NCBI GenBank assembly: GCA_043825735.1 | Contig: JBDRRP010000107.1 | Span: 186,001 to 250,000, forward strand | Direction of reading: 5' to 3' | DNA from: Pseudomonadota bacterium | GTDB lineage: Bacteria; Desulfobacterota; Desulfobacteria; Desulfobacterales; JBDRRP01 | DNA length: 64,000 nucleotides | Part shown: positions 19,843-29,264 of the stretch, one piece after another | Position numbering within the stretch: position 1 is the stretch's first letter | Layout of the letters: each line of letters starts with the position of its first letter | Program-made: the position numbers and the translations under genes | The notes under the pieces: generated by a model | The model's database searches: none | The model's input: only the letters and a program-made list of their open reading frames with translations | Told to the model about the DNA's origin: nothing

Positions 19843-21145
19843 TATTTTGATCCCGGAAGATATTCCGAGTGCGAACAAGGGTGAGGCTGCCCTGTTTTTC
19901 GGTATTGCCAAATCATTGACCATTTTTAAGGATAGCCGGATCCATCTTTTTTCTATGAACCCTGAAGAGGACGGGCGAGCCTACGGCGGGCATGCCGAAA
20001 TCGTGGATGCACGCGGCCTCGTACCCGCCCACCTGTTGGACGGCAACGGGTCGTTTCTTCACAAGCTGATCAATTACTTCAAATTCATAGGAAAATGCGC
20101 CTCTTTTGGCCTGATGTACCGGCTGGCCGGCCCTTGGTGCCGAAGCTGCGTGAAACACGCCGCGTGGCGCCGCGGCATGGCGGCCGACATCGTGCTGATG
20201 TGCCACGACAGTTTCTATGCGCCGCTGTACCACGGACCGATGATGATGTTGTTCAAAATGCTCAAAAAACCGGTCATGCTCTACGGCAGTTCCATCATGC
20301 CGCCGGACCTTTCCGGCTCGTGGGTTGAAACCCGTGCCAGAGATGCCTTCAATCGCTTCATTCTGAACAAAGCTGACTGGATCACGCTTCGCGAACGCCA
20401 CTCGTATCATTACGTCCGGTTCCTGGGGGTCACGAGGGCGGATGTATATCCGGACCTGGCATTTATCGTGGATACCGCATCCGATGCGGAGATTGATTCG
20501 ATCTTCGAGGAGGAAGGCATTCCAGAGCATGCCCCGCTGTGCGGATTCGCCTTCAGTCAGAAGGAGCTCGATTTCGCCCATCCAAATCTGCCTCTGCCGC
20601 AGAGAAAAGAGACAGCCATCGAGGCCATCGTGGCGATGATGAATCATCTCACGGGCGTTCTGGGCATCCATGCGGTGTTTATCCCCCACGCCATCGGGCC
20701 GACGGCCCGGGTTGACGATCGCATCGCCGCCGACTGGATTCGGGATCGCTGCGCGAACAATGACATGATACACATCATCCGAAACGACTACGGCCAACGA
20801 CAGCTGAAAGGCATGGCCAGCCGACTCGATCTCACCGTCGGAACGCGGCTGCACTTCACTATCGATGCCGTCTGCCACCACGTCCCCTCGATGCTGATCA
20901 CGCACCGGGGGGAATTCCGGTGTCATGGCATCATCGGGGAGATGCTCGGACAGGCCCGATTTGTCTACAACATCGAGACCCTCTCCCCAGATGATCTCAT
21001 CGAACTGGTGACCGCCCTGTGGGAAAACCGGTTCGAGGTGCGGGAGGATCTTTCGAGAAGGCTGCCTGCCATCGTGGACTCGACGGCGGGACATGCCGCA
21101 CGGGTCAGGCGCATCCTGAAGCAGCATTCGGAGGGCGCCGCATGA
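19835..21145 (+). CDS. Polysaccharide pyruvyl transferase family protein (WcaK/AmsJ-like)
   Basis: NKGEAA, ITLRERHS, PDLAF, GTRLH motifs. Confidence 0.8.
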   Translation: MINILIPEDIPSANKGEAALFFGIAKSLTIFKDSRIHLFSMNPEEDGRAYGGHAEIVDARGLVPAHLLDGNGSFLHKLINYFKFIGKCASFGLMYRLAGPWCRSCVKHAAWRRGMAADIVLMCHDSFYAPLYHGPMMMLFKMLKKPVMLYGSSIMPPDLSGSWVETRARDAFNRFILNKADWITLRERHSYHYVRFLGVTRADVYPDLAFIVDTASDAEIDSIFEEEGIPEHAPLCGFAFSQKELDFAHPNLPLPQRKETAIEAIVAMMNHLTGVLGIHAVFIPHAIGPTARVDDRIAADWIRDRCANNDMIHIIRNDYGQRQLKGMASRLDLTVGTRLHFTIDAVCHHVPSMLITHRGEFRCHGIIGEMLGQARFVYNIETLSPDDLIELVTALWENRFEVREDLSRRLPAIVDSTAGHAARVRRILKQHSEGAA

Positions 21146-22368
21146 TCAGGGCCTCAGGGGGCGGCGGGTGGTCCTGCTGGATCCGGGGACTGGCCGCTTT
21201 CTTTGCGTCGGCTGCCTGTCTGTGCGCTGCCCCATCTCAGGCAGCGGCACTGAACCAAGACACCGGCGATGCGCAGTTGCTGTCCGGTGCCGTACTCTCT
21301 CGCTACGAGGTCCCGAGGCCAGGAGAAGAAAAGATCTACCAACTGCCCAAAGGCCTTTTCCTGGTCACCGAGGCGCTACGCCTTCCTTCCAACAGCAGTC
21401 TGCAGGGTGACGGGCCGGAAACTGTTCTGAAACCCGCTCCGCAGTTCACGGGGAGCCGGTTTATTACGAACGCCGATTTCGAACGGGGAAACACCGACAT
21501 CACCCTCAGTGGTTTCAAGGTCGTTTTCGGTGTCAAGGAACTGCCGGGAAGCCTGCCCGGCCTGATGCGGTTCGAAAATGTCGGCCGCCTGAGCATCCAC
21601 GACATCACCATCGAGGCCGATACCAAGTACTTTTGCATCGATCTTTCGGCGGCCGCAAGAAAGGCCACCATCAGATCGTGCCGTATCGTCAATCAGGGCT
21701 CGGGGGGGTGCATCCAGGTCCGCAACCGCCTGTCCCGCCCCGATCGCGGCAGCAGCGAAATTGTCATTTCCGGCAATCTTGTCGCATCCGCCGTGGATGA
21801 GCCCATCGCCGCATTCGGCTGGCTTGGCACGCTCTCCCGGGTCATTGTCGAGGACAACACGGTCAACGCCAGCGGCGCTGCCTTCGGAATCACCGCTTAC
21901 GGTATCGACAGCACCACACATACCGGGCACCTCGACCACGTCGCCATCCTCGGCAACGTGGTTACCGGCAGCAGAAATGGAGCGATTGCCGCCAAAGGCG
22001 GCGCCCGCCGCGTACAGATCAGGGACAACCGCATACGCCAGACACTCAACGACGGCATCTTCATCGACAGCGGGGGGGCGGGTCTGCCGGCCGTTCACAG
22101 CGTCGACGTCTCCGGGAACACCATCGAGGATGCGGGGCGGCACGGTGTTTACGCAAGGGGGCAGGCCGTCTCGATTCGCAACAATTGGATTCTGCGCAGC
22201 CGGGGCGCCGGGATTTTCATTTCAGGGAAAGGCGGCGGACGGGTCGATGCGCTCAACAACCGGATTTCCGCCGCAGGCCGGAGCATCATCATTTACGGGA
22301 CTGTCCTGGGAAACATCGAAGGCAATCACCCGTCAACACCCCTCGATATCCTTCGCCTCGAGGAATAG
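21142..22368 (+). CDS. Secreted right-handed parallel beta-helix protein (pectin-lyase-like fold)
   Basis: Signal-like N-terminus, LQGDGPETVLK, repeated I/V-x-G/D-N-x-I/V rungs; ATGA overlap at 21142. Confidence 0.75.
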   Translation: MIRASGGGGWSCWIRGLAAFFASAACLCAAPSQAAALNQDTGDAQLLSGAVLSRYEVPRPGEEKIYQLPKGLFLVTEALRLPSNSSLQGDGPETVLKPAPQFTGSRFITNADFERGNTDITLSGFKVVFGVKELPGSLPGLMRFENVGRLSIHDITIEADTKYFCIDLSAAARKATIRSCRIVNQGSGGCIQVRNRLSRPDRGSSEIVISGNLVASAVDEPIAAFGWLGTLSRVIVEDNTVNASGAAFGITAYGIDSTTHTGHLDHVAILGNVVTGSRNGAIAAKGGARRVQIRDNRIRQTLNDGIFIDSGGAGLPAVHSVDVSGNTIEDAGRHGVYARGQAVSIRNNWILRSRGAGIFISGKGGGRVDALNNRISAAGRSIIIYGTVLGNIEGNHPSTPLDILRLEE

Positions 22369-22380
22369 CCGGTCGAAACA

Positions 22381-23673
22381 GTGACGGACGATATCCCATT
22401 GCCTTCCTCGCGCCCGAAATCCGCCGCAGTGGATCCGTTCAGATGGAATGCCGTTCTTTACTTCTATGCCATCTACATCGGCGTAATGCTCGTCGGCGGA
22501 CTCACCGGCACTCACACATCCATATACGGCGCCGCTTTTTTTCTGTTTCTGCTGTACGCGCGCTACTGGCAGTACCTGATCCAGATAAAATTCGATTTTC
22601 TAGTGTATTGCGTGTTTTTGTGCATTCTCCTGCCTGTCATACCCCTCGTCTCCTTCGATGAAAAGACGCTGCTCGCAGCCCTGCAGGAATTGCTGAAATA
22701 TCTGGCGCTTCACCTCGTGATTCTACTGGGCCTGTCCATGCCCCTCACGCCGATCAGCAGGGCCGCAAAAACTTGGGTGCTCTATATCCCGATTCTCACA
22801 TTCCTCGCCGCCGGTTACTTCTGGGACATTGCCGGTGGCCGGCAAGCAATGCGGGTGCAGGGATTTTTACCCAATCCCAACGGGTTCGCCCTGACGGCCA
22901 TGATGCTGCTGTTTATCACCAATCAGGAATCGCCCCGGTTTTTTTTCAAGCATGCCAGCAAAACCGTCGTGCTGGTCATGGTGCTGCTCTCCCGGACCAG
23001 CGGGGCCCTGCTGGGGTACATGGTCGGCACGGTCCACTCGATTCTGTTTGCAGGGAAAGGCCACGGACTGGCCAGATTGACGGTACTCCTGTTTGCGGTC
23101 TTGCTGGGCGGCCTCTGCCTGACCATCATGCCCGTCGGGGCGATCAGTTCGGTGGACAGAACCCTGGAGAAGATGACGGTGGCCAAAGAGCACCTCGACC
23201 GCGTCGTTTCCGGAAAATCCATCGACTTCTACGGCATTATCGAAAAGGAAGGCGACGATGTCACCTCCGGCTTGTGGCGGATTTTCCAGTGGCACCGGAT
23301 CCTGACGCGGTTTGCACAGTCTGCGCCGGAGCAGATCCTTTTCGGGCATGGCATTGGCACGACGGATATCCTGTTCCAGCTCAAGGCCCACAACGACTAC
23401 CTGCGGCTGCTCCTGGAGACCGGCGTCTTCGGCCTCATGCTGAATCTGACCGTCTGGATCATAATTTACCGACGCATGGCCCCTCAATACCGATGGGTTG
23501 TCGTGATGATCGCCGTCTTCTGCATCACCGAAAACAATTACGACCACTTTCCCGCCATGAGCCTTCTGGTCTTCTACATGCTCGGGGCAGACCGATCCAG
23601 AGTGGACACCACGGATACGGCGAATGCGACCGGAGACCGCCGATCCATTCCCTGGGGGGCGACAGGCCGATGA
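22381..23673 (+). CDS. Wzy polymerase / O-antigen-ligase-family membrane protein
   Basis: RVQGFLPNPN, SRTSG, FGHGIG, AHNDYLRLLLETG. Confidence 0.8.
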   Translation: MTDDIPLPSSRPKSAAVDPFRWNAVLYFYAIYIGVMLVGGLTGTHTSIYGAAFFLFLLYARYWQYLIQIKFDFLVYCVFLCILLPVIPLVSFDEKTLLAALQELLKYLALHLVILLGLSMPLTPISRAAKTWVLYIPILTFLAAGYFWDIAGGRQAMRVQGFLPNPNGFALTAMMLLFITNQESPRFFFKHASKTVVLVMVLLSRTSGALLGYMVGTVHSILFAGKGHGLARLTVLLFAVLLGGLCLTIMPVGAISSVDRTLEKMTVAKEHLDRVVSGKSIDFYGIIEKEGDDVTSGLWRIFQWHRILTRFAQSAPEQILFGHGIGTTDILFQLKAHNDYLRLLLETGVFGLMLNLTVWIIIYRRMAPQYRWVVVMIAVFCITENNYDHFPAMSLLVFYMLGADRSRVDTTDTANATGDRRSIPWGATGR

Positions 23674-24296
23674 GGGCGATCCGGCGGCTGTTGCGGGAGG
23701 CCTGCTGGTTCTTGCGCTATCTGAAGTGCCGGTATTACCTGGGCATCGACCTTGACCGCAGCGTCCGTGTCGGTGCCAATGTCCTCTTTGACAGAACCTT
23801 TCCGCGGGGGATCCACCTCGGCAGCCGCACCTATGTGACCAATAATGTGACCATCCTTACCCATGACCATGCACGGTCGAACTGGTGCCAGCACACCCGA
23901 ATCGGGGGCCGGTGCTTCATCGGCAACCATACGATTATCATGCCGGGTCTGGTGATCGGAGACGAGGTCATCATCGGGGCGGGAACGGTGGTCACCAGGG
24001 ACATCCCCTCGAACTGCATCGTGGCGGGAAATCCCGGGAGGATCATCAGGACCGGAATACGCATGAATGAAGACGCCCGGTTGATCGTTGATCCCATCGG
24101 CGGGGGGGGGGGGCATGAAAGTCGTTTATTTGAACAATTACCATTATATCCGCGGCGGGTCGGAACGGGTGTTTTTCGGCGAGATGGACATGATGGAACG
24201 GGAAGGGCATCCGGTGGCGGGATATGCCCGCAGCCACCCACTGGATCTGCCTTCCGACCACAATCAGTATTTCCCGCCGGACATGGTGACCGATAA
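23670..24296 (+). CDS. Hexapeptide-repeat O-acyltransferase; C-terminus runs through a G12 tract and overlaps the next gene by 182 bp
   Basis: ATG 23670 (ATGA overlap), ILTHDH, IIGAGTVVTRDIPSNCIVAGNPGRII; recognisable domain ends near 24100. Confidence 0.8.
   Translation: MRAIRRLLREACWFLRYLKCRYYLGIDLDRSVRVGANVLFDRTFPRGIHLGSRTYVTNNVTILTHDHARSNWCQHTRIGGRCFIGNHTIIMPGLVIGDEVIIGAGTVVTRDIPSNCIVAGNPGRIIRTGIRMNEDARLIVDPIGGGGGHESRLFEQLPLYPRRVGTGVFRRDGHDGTGRASGGGICPQPPTGSAFRPQSVFPAGHGDR
24102..24113 (+). repeat. Poly-G homopolymer (G12)
   Basis: c-GGGGGGGGGGGG-c-ATG at the acyltransferase/GT4 junction. Confidence 0.95.
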
Positions 24297-25377
24297 AACC
24301 GGCCTGTCACGTGAAACGCTGCGGACACTGAGAGAGATATTCTATTCAATAAGCGCCAAAAACGGTTTGGGACGGCTGATATCCCGATTCGAACCGGACA
24401 TCGCGCATCTGCACAATATATACGGACGACTGACGACTTCCGTACTCGACCTGCTGGCACAACGCCGAATTCCGGTCGTCATGAGCCTGCACGATTACAA
24501 ACTGGCGTGCCCCAGTTATCTGTTCATGAACGATGGCACGGTCTGTGAAGACTGCCGGGGGGCGAAGTATTACATGGCTGTGAGGAACCGGTGCCACAAG
24601 AATAGTTATTCCGCCTCTGCCATCGTGGCGCTGGAGTCTTATCTGAACCACTGGCGCGGCACCTATCGGAAGAAGGTCGATTGCTTCATCGCCCCGAGCC
24701 GGTTCCTGAAAAACAAGCTCATCGAACACGGGTGGCCGGCGGACCGGATACGGCATGTCGCCAATTTCATCGATACCGCCGGATTCGAACCGAACTTCGA
24801 ACCGGGGGACTACTTCCTTTACCTCGGGCGCCTGTCGGAGGAAAAAGGGGTCGACGTACTGATTGAGGCGTTTATCCGCGCCGACACCGCGCGCGTCGGA
24901 CTCAAGATCGTGGGAGACGGGCCCTCGCGCACGCGCCTCGAAAAATCGGCCGGCAGCGGCACGGGCATCGCGTTCGCCGGATATCTTTCAGGGGCGAAGT
25001 TGAGAGACGTCACCCGCAATGCGCTGGCGGTCATCGTCCCCTCGGTCTGTTACGAAAACGCGCCGCTATCGGTGCTGGAGGCCATGGCCTACGGCAAACC
25101 GGTCATCGGCGCGCGGATCGGCGGGATACCGGAGCTGATAACGGAGGGGGTCACCGGCTTTTTGTTCGAGCCGGGCGATCGGCTGTCTCTCAAGATCGCC
25201 ATGGAGACGATCGCGGATCTGACGCCCGATGACATCCAATCCATGGGGATGACCGCTCGGCGGGCGGTTGAAGCGCATTACTCCACCACTGTGCACTGTC
25301 GGCAAATCGAAGCCATATACCGGCGCATCATTGACGAAAAGGGTATTCAGGGATGCATATCGTCTATCTCGCAGTGA
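24115..25377 (+). CDS. Glycosyltransferase family 4
   Basis: RGGSERV, HLHNIY, LHDYKLACP, GRLSEEKG, ENAPLSVLEAMAYGKP. Confidence 0.9.
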   Translation: MKVVYLNNYHYIRGGSERVFFGEMDMMEREGHPVAGYARSHPLDLPSDHNQYFPPDMVTDKTGLSRETLRTLREIFYSISAKNGLGRLISRFEPDIAHLHNIYGRLTTSVLDLLAQRRIPVVMSLHDYKLACPSYLFMNDGTVCEDCRGAKYYMAVRNRCHKNSYSASAIVALESYLNHWRGTYRKKVDCFIAPSRFLKNKLIEHGWPADRIRHVANFIDTAGFEPNFEPGDYFLYLGRLSEEKGVDVLIEAFIRADTARVGLKIVGDGPSRTRLEKSAGSGTGIAFAGYLSGAKLRDVTRNALAVIVPSVCYENAPLSVLEAMAYGKPVIGARIGGIPELITEGVTGFLFEPGDRLSLKIAMETIADLTPDDIQSMGMTARRAVEAHYSTTVHCRQIEAIYRRIIDEKGIQGCISSISQ

Positions 25378-26453
25378 AAGGCATGCCGATCGGCGGTGGC
25401 GTCGAAAGCGTGACCGAGCAACTCGGCACCCAGATGGTGGAACGCGGGCACTCGGTGACGGTCTATTCGAGCAGGGACTACGGGACCGCGGACGGCACCT
25501 ACAGGGGAATGCGCATCAAGACCGTCCCCTCCTATAATACCCGGGCCACCCACAAGCTTTCCATCTGCGGCAATGCCACGCTCGATGTATTGCGCCGGCG
25601 CACCGCGGATCTGGTTCATGTGCACGCGGTCGGCCCGTCGCTCTTTTCGATCTTTCCCCGCATGGTCGGGATCCCCACCGTGGTTCAGACCCACGGCCTG
25701 GAGTGGAAGCGGGACAAGTGGGGGGTTCTCGGGCGTACGTTTTTCAGGTTGGCCGATTACACGGCCGTCCATTTTCCCAACAAAACGACGGCCGTCTCCC
25801 TAGTACAGAAGGAATATTATGAGACGCGTTTCGGGAAAAGTGTCATTTATATCCCGAATGGGGTCAACCCGGTTTCAAAATGTGCCCCGGCTTGGCTGCT
25901 TGGACAGGGCATCCACCCCGACCGCTACATTCTGTTCGCCGCCCGGTTGGTCGAGGAAAAGGGCGCACATTTTCTGATCGACGCATTTCGTGGCATAGAC
26001 ACCGAAATGAAGCTGGTTATAGCCGGCGATGCCGCACACGCCGAGGCTTATAAGGCCAGTCTCCGGGAAAAAGCCGCCGATGATCCGCGCATCCTGTTTC
26101 CGGGTTTCGTCACCGGGCGTCCCTTGGCGGAACTCTTCAGCAACGCCTACCTCTTCTGCCTTCCGTCAACCCTGGAAGGGCTTCCAATCGCACTGCTGGA
26201 AGCCATGAGTTACGGCAACTGCTGCCTGGCCAGCGATATTCCCGAGAACCTCGAAGCGCTGGAGAACTATGGTTTTACTTTTAATAACAGGGATGTGTCC
26301 TCGTTGCGGCAGGTGCTTTCGGAACTTTTGAATCACCCCGAGAAGGTCCAACGCGTAAAAAACGCCGCCCGTGAGCACGTGTTAACAAAGTATTCATGGG
26401 ATGCCATTGCCGATCAAATGGAAGCCCTGTACCTGGAACTGATCCGAAACTGA
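25353..26453 (+). CDS. Glycosyltransferase family 4
   Basis: GGVE, HGLEWKRDKW, ARLVEEKG, EGLPIALLEAMSYG. Confidence 0.9.
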   Translation: MHIVYLAVKGMPIGGGVESVTEQLGTQMVERGHSVTVYSSRDYGTADGTYRGMRIKTVPSYNTRATHKLSICGNATLDVLRRRTADLVHVHAVGPSLFSIFPRMVGIPTVVQTHGLEWKRDKWGVLGRTFFRLADYTAVHFPNKTTAVSLVQKEYYETRFGKSVIYIPNGVNPVSKCAPAWLLGQGIHPDRYILFAARLVEEKGAHFLIDAFRGIDTEMKLVIAGDAAHAEAYKASLREKAADDPRILFPGFVTGRPLAELFSNAYLFCLPSTLEGLPIALLEAMSYGNCCLASDIPENLEALENYGFTFNNRDVSSLRQVLSELLNHPEKVQRVKNAAREHVLTKYSWDAIADQMEALYLELIRN

Positions 26454-26471
26454 TCAGGAGAGGACGCCGCA

Positions 26472-27515
26472 GTGGAAGCCTCAATCATCGTCACCTACAG
26501 ATGCCCGATGAGATGCCGGATGTGCAATATCTGGAAGCATCCATCTGATGAAGCGCGAGAATTCTCAGCGGTTGATCTAGAGAAAATGCCGGAGGTCAAC
26601 CTGACCAATATCACCGGCGGTGAGCCTACGGTAAGGGAGGATCTCGACGAAATCATCGAAGTCGTAGGGCGGCGCTCCAAAAGAATCTGCATTTCCACCA
26701 GCGGGTACTACGTTGACCGGATTTTGAAGCTGGCTGAGCGGTTCCCGCGCCTGGGGTTCAGAGTGAGCATCGAAGGACTCTCCCGGAAGAACGATGAGCT
26801 GAGGGGGCGCGACGGCGGGTTCGACCGGGGTTTACGCACGCTGCTGGAATTGCGCGCCATGGGGCGAAAGGACGTTGGGTTCGGCATTACCGTTTCCAAC
26901 AATAACTCCCGGGACATGCTCCAGCTCTATGAATTGGCCAAGCAGCTCGGCGTGGAGTTCGCTACGGCGGCATTTCACAACTCGTTCTACTTTCACAAGA
27001 ATGACAACGTCATTACCAACCAGGAGGTGGTGACCGGTGACTTCGAAGAACTGATCAACCGGCTGCTCAAGGAAAACAAACCCAAAAGCTGGTTTCGCGC
27101 CTATTTCAATTTGGGGCTGATCAATTACATCCGCGGCGGACGTCGCATGCTGCCATGTGAAGCTGGGTCCGAAAACTTTTTCATCGATCCATACGGCGAG
27201 GTGCTGCCCTGCAACGGCATGGAAGAGCGGTTCTGGTTCGAAAGCTTCGGAAACATCAGACAGGGCCACAGCTTCGAAGCGTTGTGGCATGGACCGAAGG
27301 CCGATATTGTCCGGCAGTGCGTGGCCAGATGTCCGAAAAACTGCTGGATGATCGGGTCCGCCTCTCCGGTCATGAAAAAATACATTTGTCATCCGTTGCG
27401 ATGGGTGGCGGTGAACAAGGTGAAAAGTATTTTAAAGCGGCCTGTCGACATCTCCTGCGTGCCGAATGTCGACGTCGGCAAGGACCCGCGGCAGGGCAAT
27501 CTTGACGTAGCATGA
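26472..27515 (+). CDS. Radical SAM protein with SPASM/twitch domain
   Basis: CPMRCRMC, ITGGEP, CEAG...IDPYGEVLPC, C-terminal CxxxCxxNC. Confidence 0.9.
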   Translation: MEASIIVTYRCPMRCRMCNIWKHPSDEAREFSAVDLEKMPEVNLTNITGGEPTVREDLDEIIEVVGRRSKRICISTSGYYVDRILKLAERFPRLGFRVSIEGLSRKNDELRGRDGGFDRGLRTLLELRAMGRKDVGFGITVSNNNSRDMLQLYELAKQLGVEFATAAFHNSFYFHKNDNVITNQEVVTGDFEELINRLLKENKPKSWFRAYFNLGLINYIRGGRRMLPCEAGSENFFIDPYGEVLPCNGMEERFWFESFGNIRQGHSFEALWHGPKADIVRQCVARCPKNCWMIGSASPVMKKYICHPLRWVAVNKVKSILKRPVDISCVPNVDVGKDPRQGNLDVA

Positions 27516-29206
27516 AGGATACCCATTCAGGAATCATGACCCATTCATCAACCCAGATCTCCGGTTGGCCAGCGATAGACCGCAGGATGATTCATGCTCT
27601 CGCCTGGCTTTGCATTCTCTCGGCTGCCTTCATCGCCGCTTTCTGGATACCGCTCAGCGGTATCGTCAACACCTGGGCATCCAACGATGACTACTCGTTC
27701 GGGTACCTGATACCCTTTATATCGATGTACCTTTTCTGGGACATGCGCCATCGTCTCAAAGACTCCGTCATATCCCCGTCCTGGGGCGTTCTTCCGGTGC
27801 TCGCTGCCGCTGCGGTGGTCAGCGTCTACGGCATCCTGGGCTCCTCGGGCAACGTCTCCAGACCGCTGGTTCCGATCGTCTTCATGTTGAGTTTCGCCTT
27901 GGTTTTCGGTCTGCCGGCGTTCAAAAGATTTTTCCTGCCGTTGGGATTTCTCGTGTTTATGGTGCCACTGCCGGCGCTGCTCGATCGAACCATCGGTGTG
28001 TTTTTAAAATCGGTATCCTCACAGTTGGGCGGGATGATCATTCGGGCCAGCGGGCTGTCGGTATTCGTCAACGGGAATGTCATCGATCTGGGGGTAACGC
28101 AGCTCCAGGTGGTCGATGCATGCAGCGGCCTGCGGTTCGTGTTTCCGCTAGTGGCCTTGGGCGTCATGTATGCATACCTGTTCGAAAGCGCGCGCTGGAA
28201 ACAGGCCGTCTGCGTGGCCGCCACCATCCCCATCGCCATACTGATGAACGCTGTGCGCATCGGCTTAACCGGCATTCTCACCCATTTTTACGGACCAAAG
28301 GTGGCCGAAGGGTTTTTCCACGACTTTTCAGGGTGGGTCGTTTTCATGGCGGCGTTCGCCGTCTTGTTCCTTCTTGGCCGCATACTGCGATGGTTTCCGA
28401 CCAAGATGCAGGCGCCGGTTTCGGTGACCTCATCCCGAGGCAAATCGGAAACGGCTGCCGGTGGTGTCGACAAGTGGAGCAAACCTGCGTTGGGGGCTGC
28501 CCTGGGTATCTTTCTGGTCGTCGGCGGTTTCAGCCTGTCCGCCGGCGCACTCCCCCCGGTAGTGTTGACCCATGGCATCGGAGCCTTCCCAATGACAATC
28601 AACGGCTGGCATGGCCATACAGTGGGCATTTCCCCCGAGATTATCGAAGCCTCCGGCGCCGAAGAGGCATTTTTTGCGGACTACTCCAACGGGACCGGCA
28701 ACAGCGTTTCGCTTTACGTCGGATACCGAAGCTCCGCGTTTCTGGAAAACGAGAATTTTTTCCACAGCCCTACCGTGTGCCTGCCATCTTCAGGATGGAA
28801 AACCACCGATACGGCAACCCGCGTCATCACTGATGTCCCTGGGTTCGGGAAATTGACGGTCACCCAGATGACCATCGAGAGCATGGGGGTGCGACAGCTC
28901 GTGTATTTCTGGTTCCAGACCAAGCGTTGGGCCACCCACAGCAAGAACATCAACCGGCTTCATCTGGCACTCCATGCCATTAAAAGGGACAACACCCACG
29001 ATCTGTTCATCCGCACCATCAGTAGAGTCTCTTCAACGGAGTCCGATGCGGATGCCGAAGCACGAATGGACGATTTTGTCAGAAGCACTCTTGCCTCCAT
29101 GGACCAGTTTTTGAAAACGAATATCGCATCGATATCGGTGCACGGCAGCAGACATCTCAGGGGTGCTCCGGATGGCAGGTCCGCCGCAGGCGTCGATCGC
29201 TCATGA
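27512..29206 (+). CDS. xrtD: Exosortase fused to EpsI-like domain, probably VPLPA-CTERM-specific exosortase D
   Basis: Catalytic triad motifs VVDACSGLR, NAVRI, FHDFSGW; HSPTVCLPSSGW and VYFWF in the EpsI part; two VPLPA-type substrates nearby (subtype is inference). Confidence 0.75.
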   Translation: MKDTHSGIMTHSSTQISGWPAIDRRMIHALAWLCILSAAFIAAFWIPLSGIVNTWASNDDYSFGYLIPFISMYLFWDMRHRLKDSVISPSWGVLPVLAAAAVVSVYGILGSSGNVSRPLVPIVFMLSFALVFGLPAFKRFFLPLGFLVFMVPLPALLDRTIGVFLKSVSSQLGGMIIRASGLSVFVNGNVIDLGVTQLQVVDACSGLRFVFPLVALGVMYAYLFESARWKQAVCVAATIPIAILMNAVRIGLTGILTHFYGPKVAEGFFHDFSGWVVFMAAFAVLFLLGRILRWFPTKMQAPVSVTSSRGKSETAAGGVDKWSKPALGAALGIFLVVGGFSLSAGALPPVVLTHGIGAFPMTINGWHGHTVGISPEIIEASGAEEAFFADYSNGTGNSVSLYVGYRSSAFLENENFFHSPTVCLPSSGWKTTDTATRVITDVPGFGKLTVTQMTIESMGVRQLVYFWFQTKRWATHSKNINRLHLALHAIKRDNTHDLFIRTISRVSSTESDADAEARMDDFVRSTLASMDQFLKTNIASISVHGSRHLRGAPDGRSAAGVDRS

Positions 29207-29264
29207 GCTGTAACCGGGTGTCCGCGGGTTGGGGCATCCTCTGGCGCAAGGACGCCTTTGAATA

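Noticed and set aside
19913..21127. Long antisense ORF (likewise 6613-7701, 31165-32337, 55900-57228, 60757-61965)
   Set aside because: Shadow ORFs opposite well-supported genes in GC-rich DNA, with no recognisable motifs
22773..23669. 5' part of the 507-aa ORF
   Set aside because: Alternative-frame overlap of wzy; the acyltransferase begins at ATG 23670
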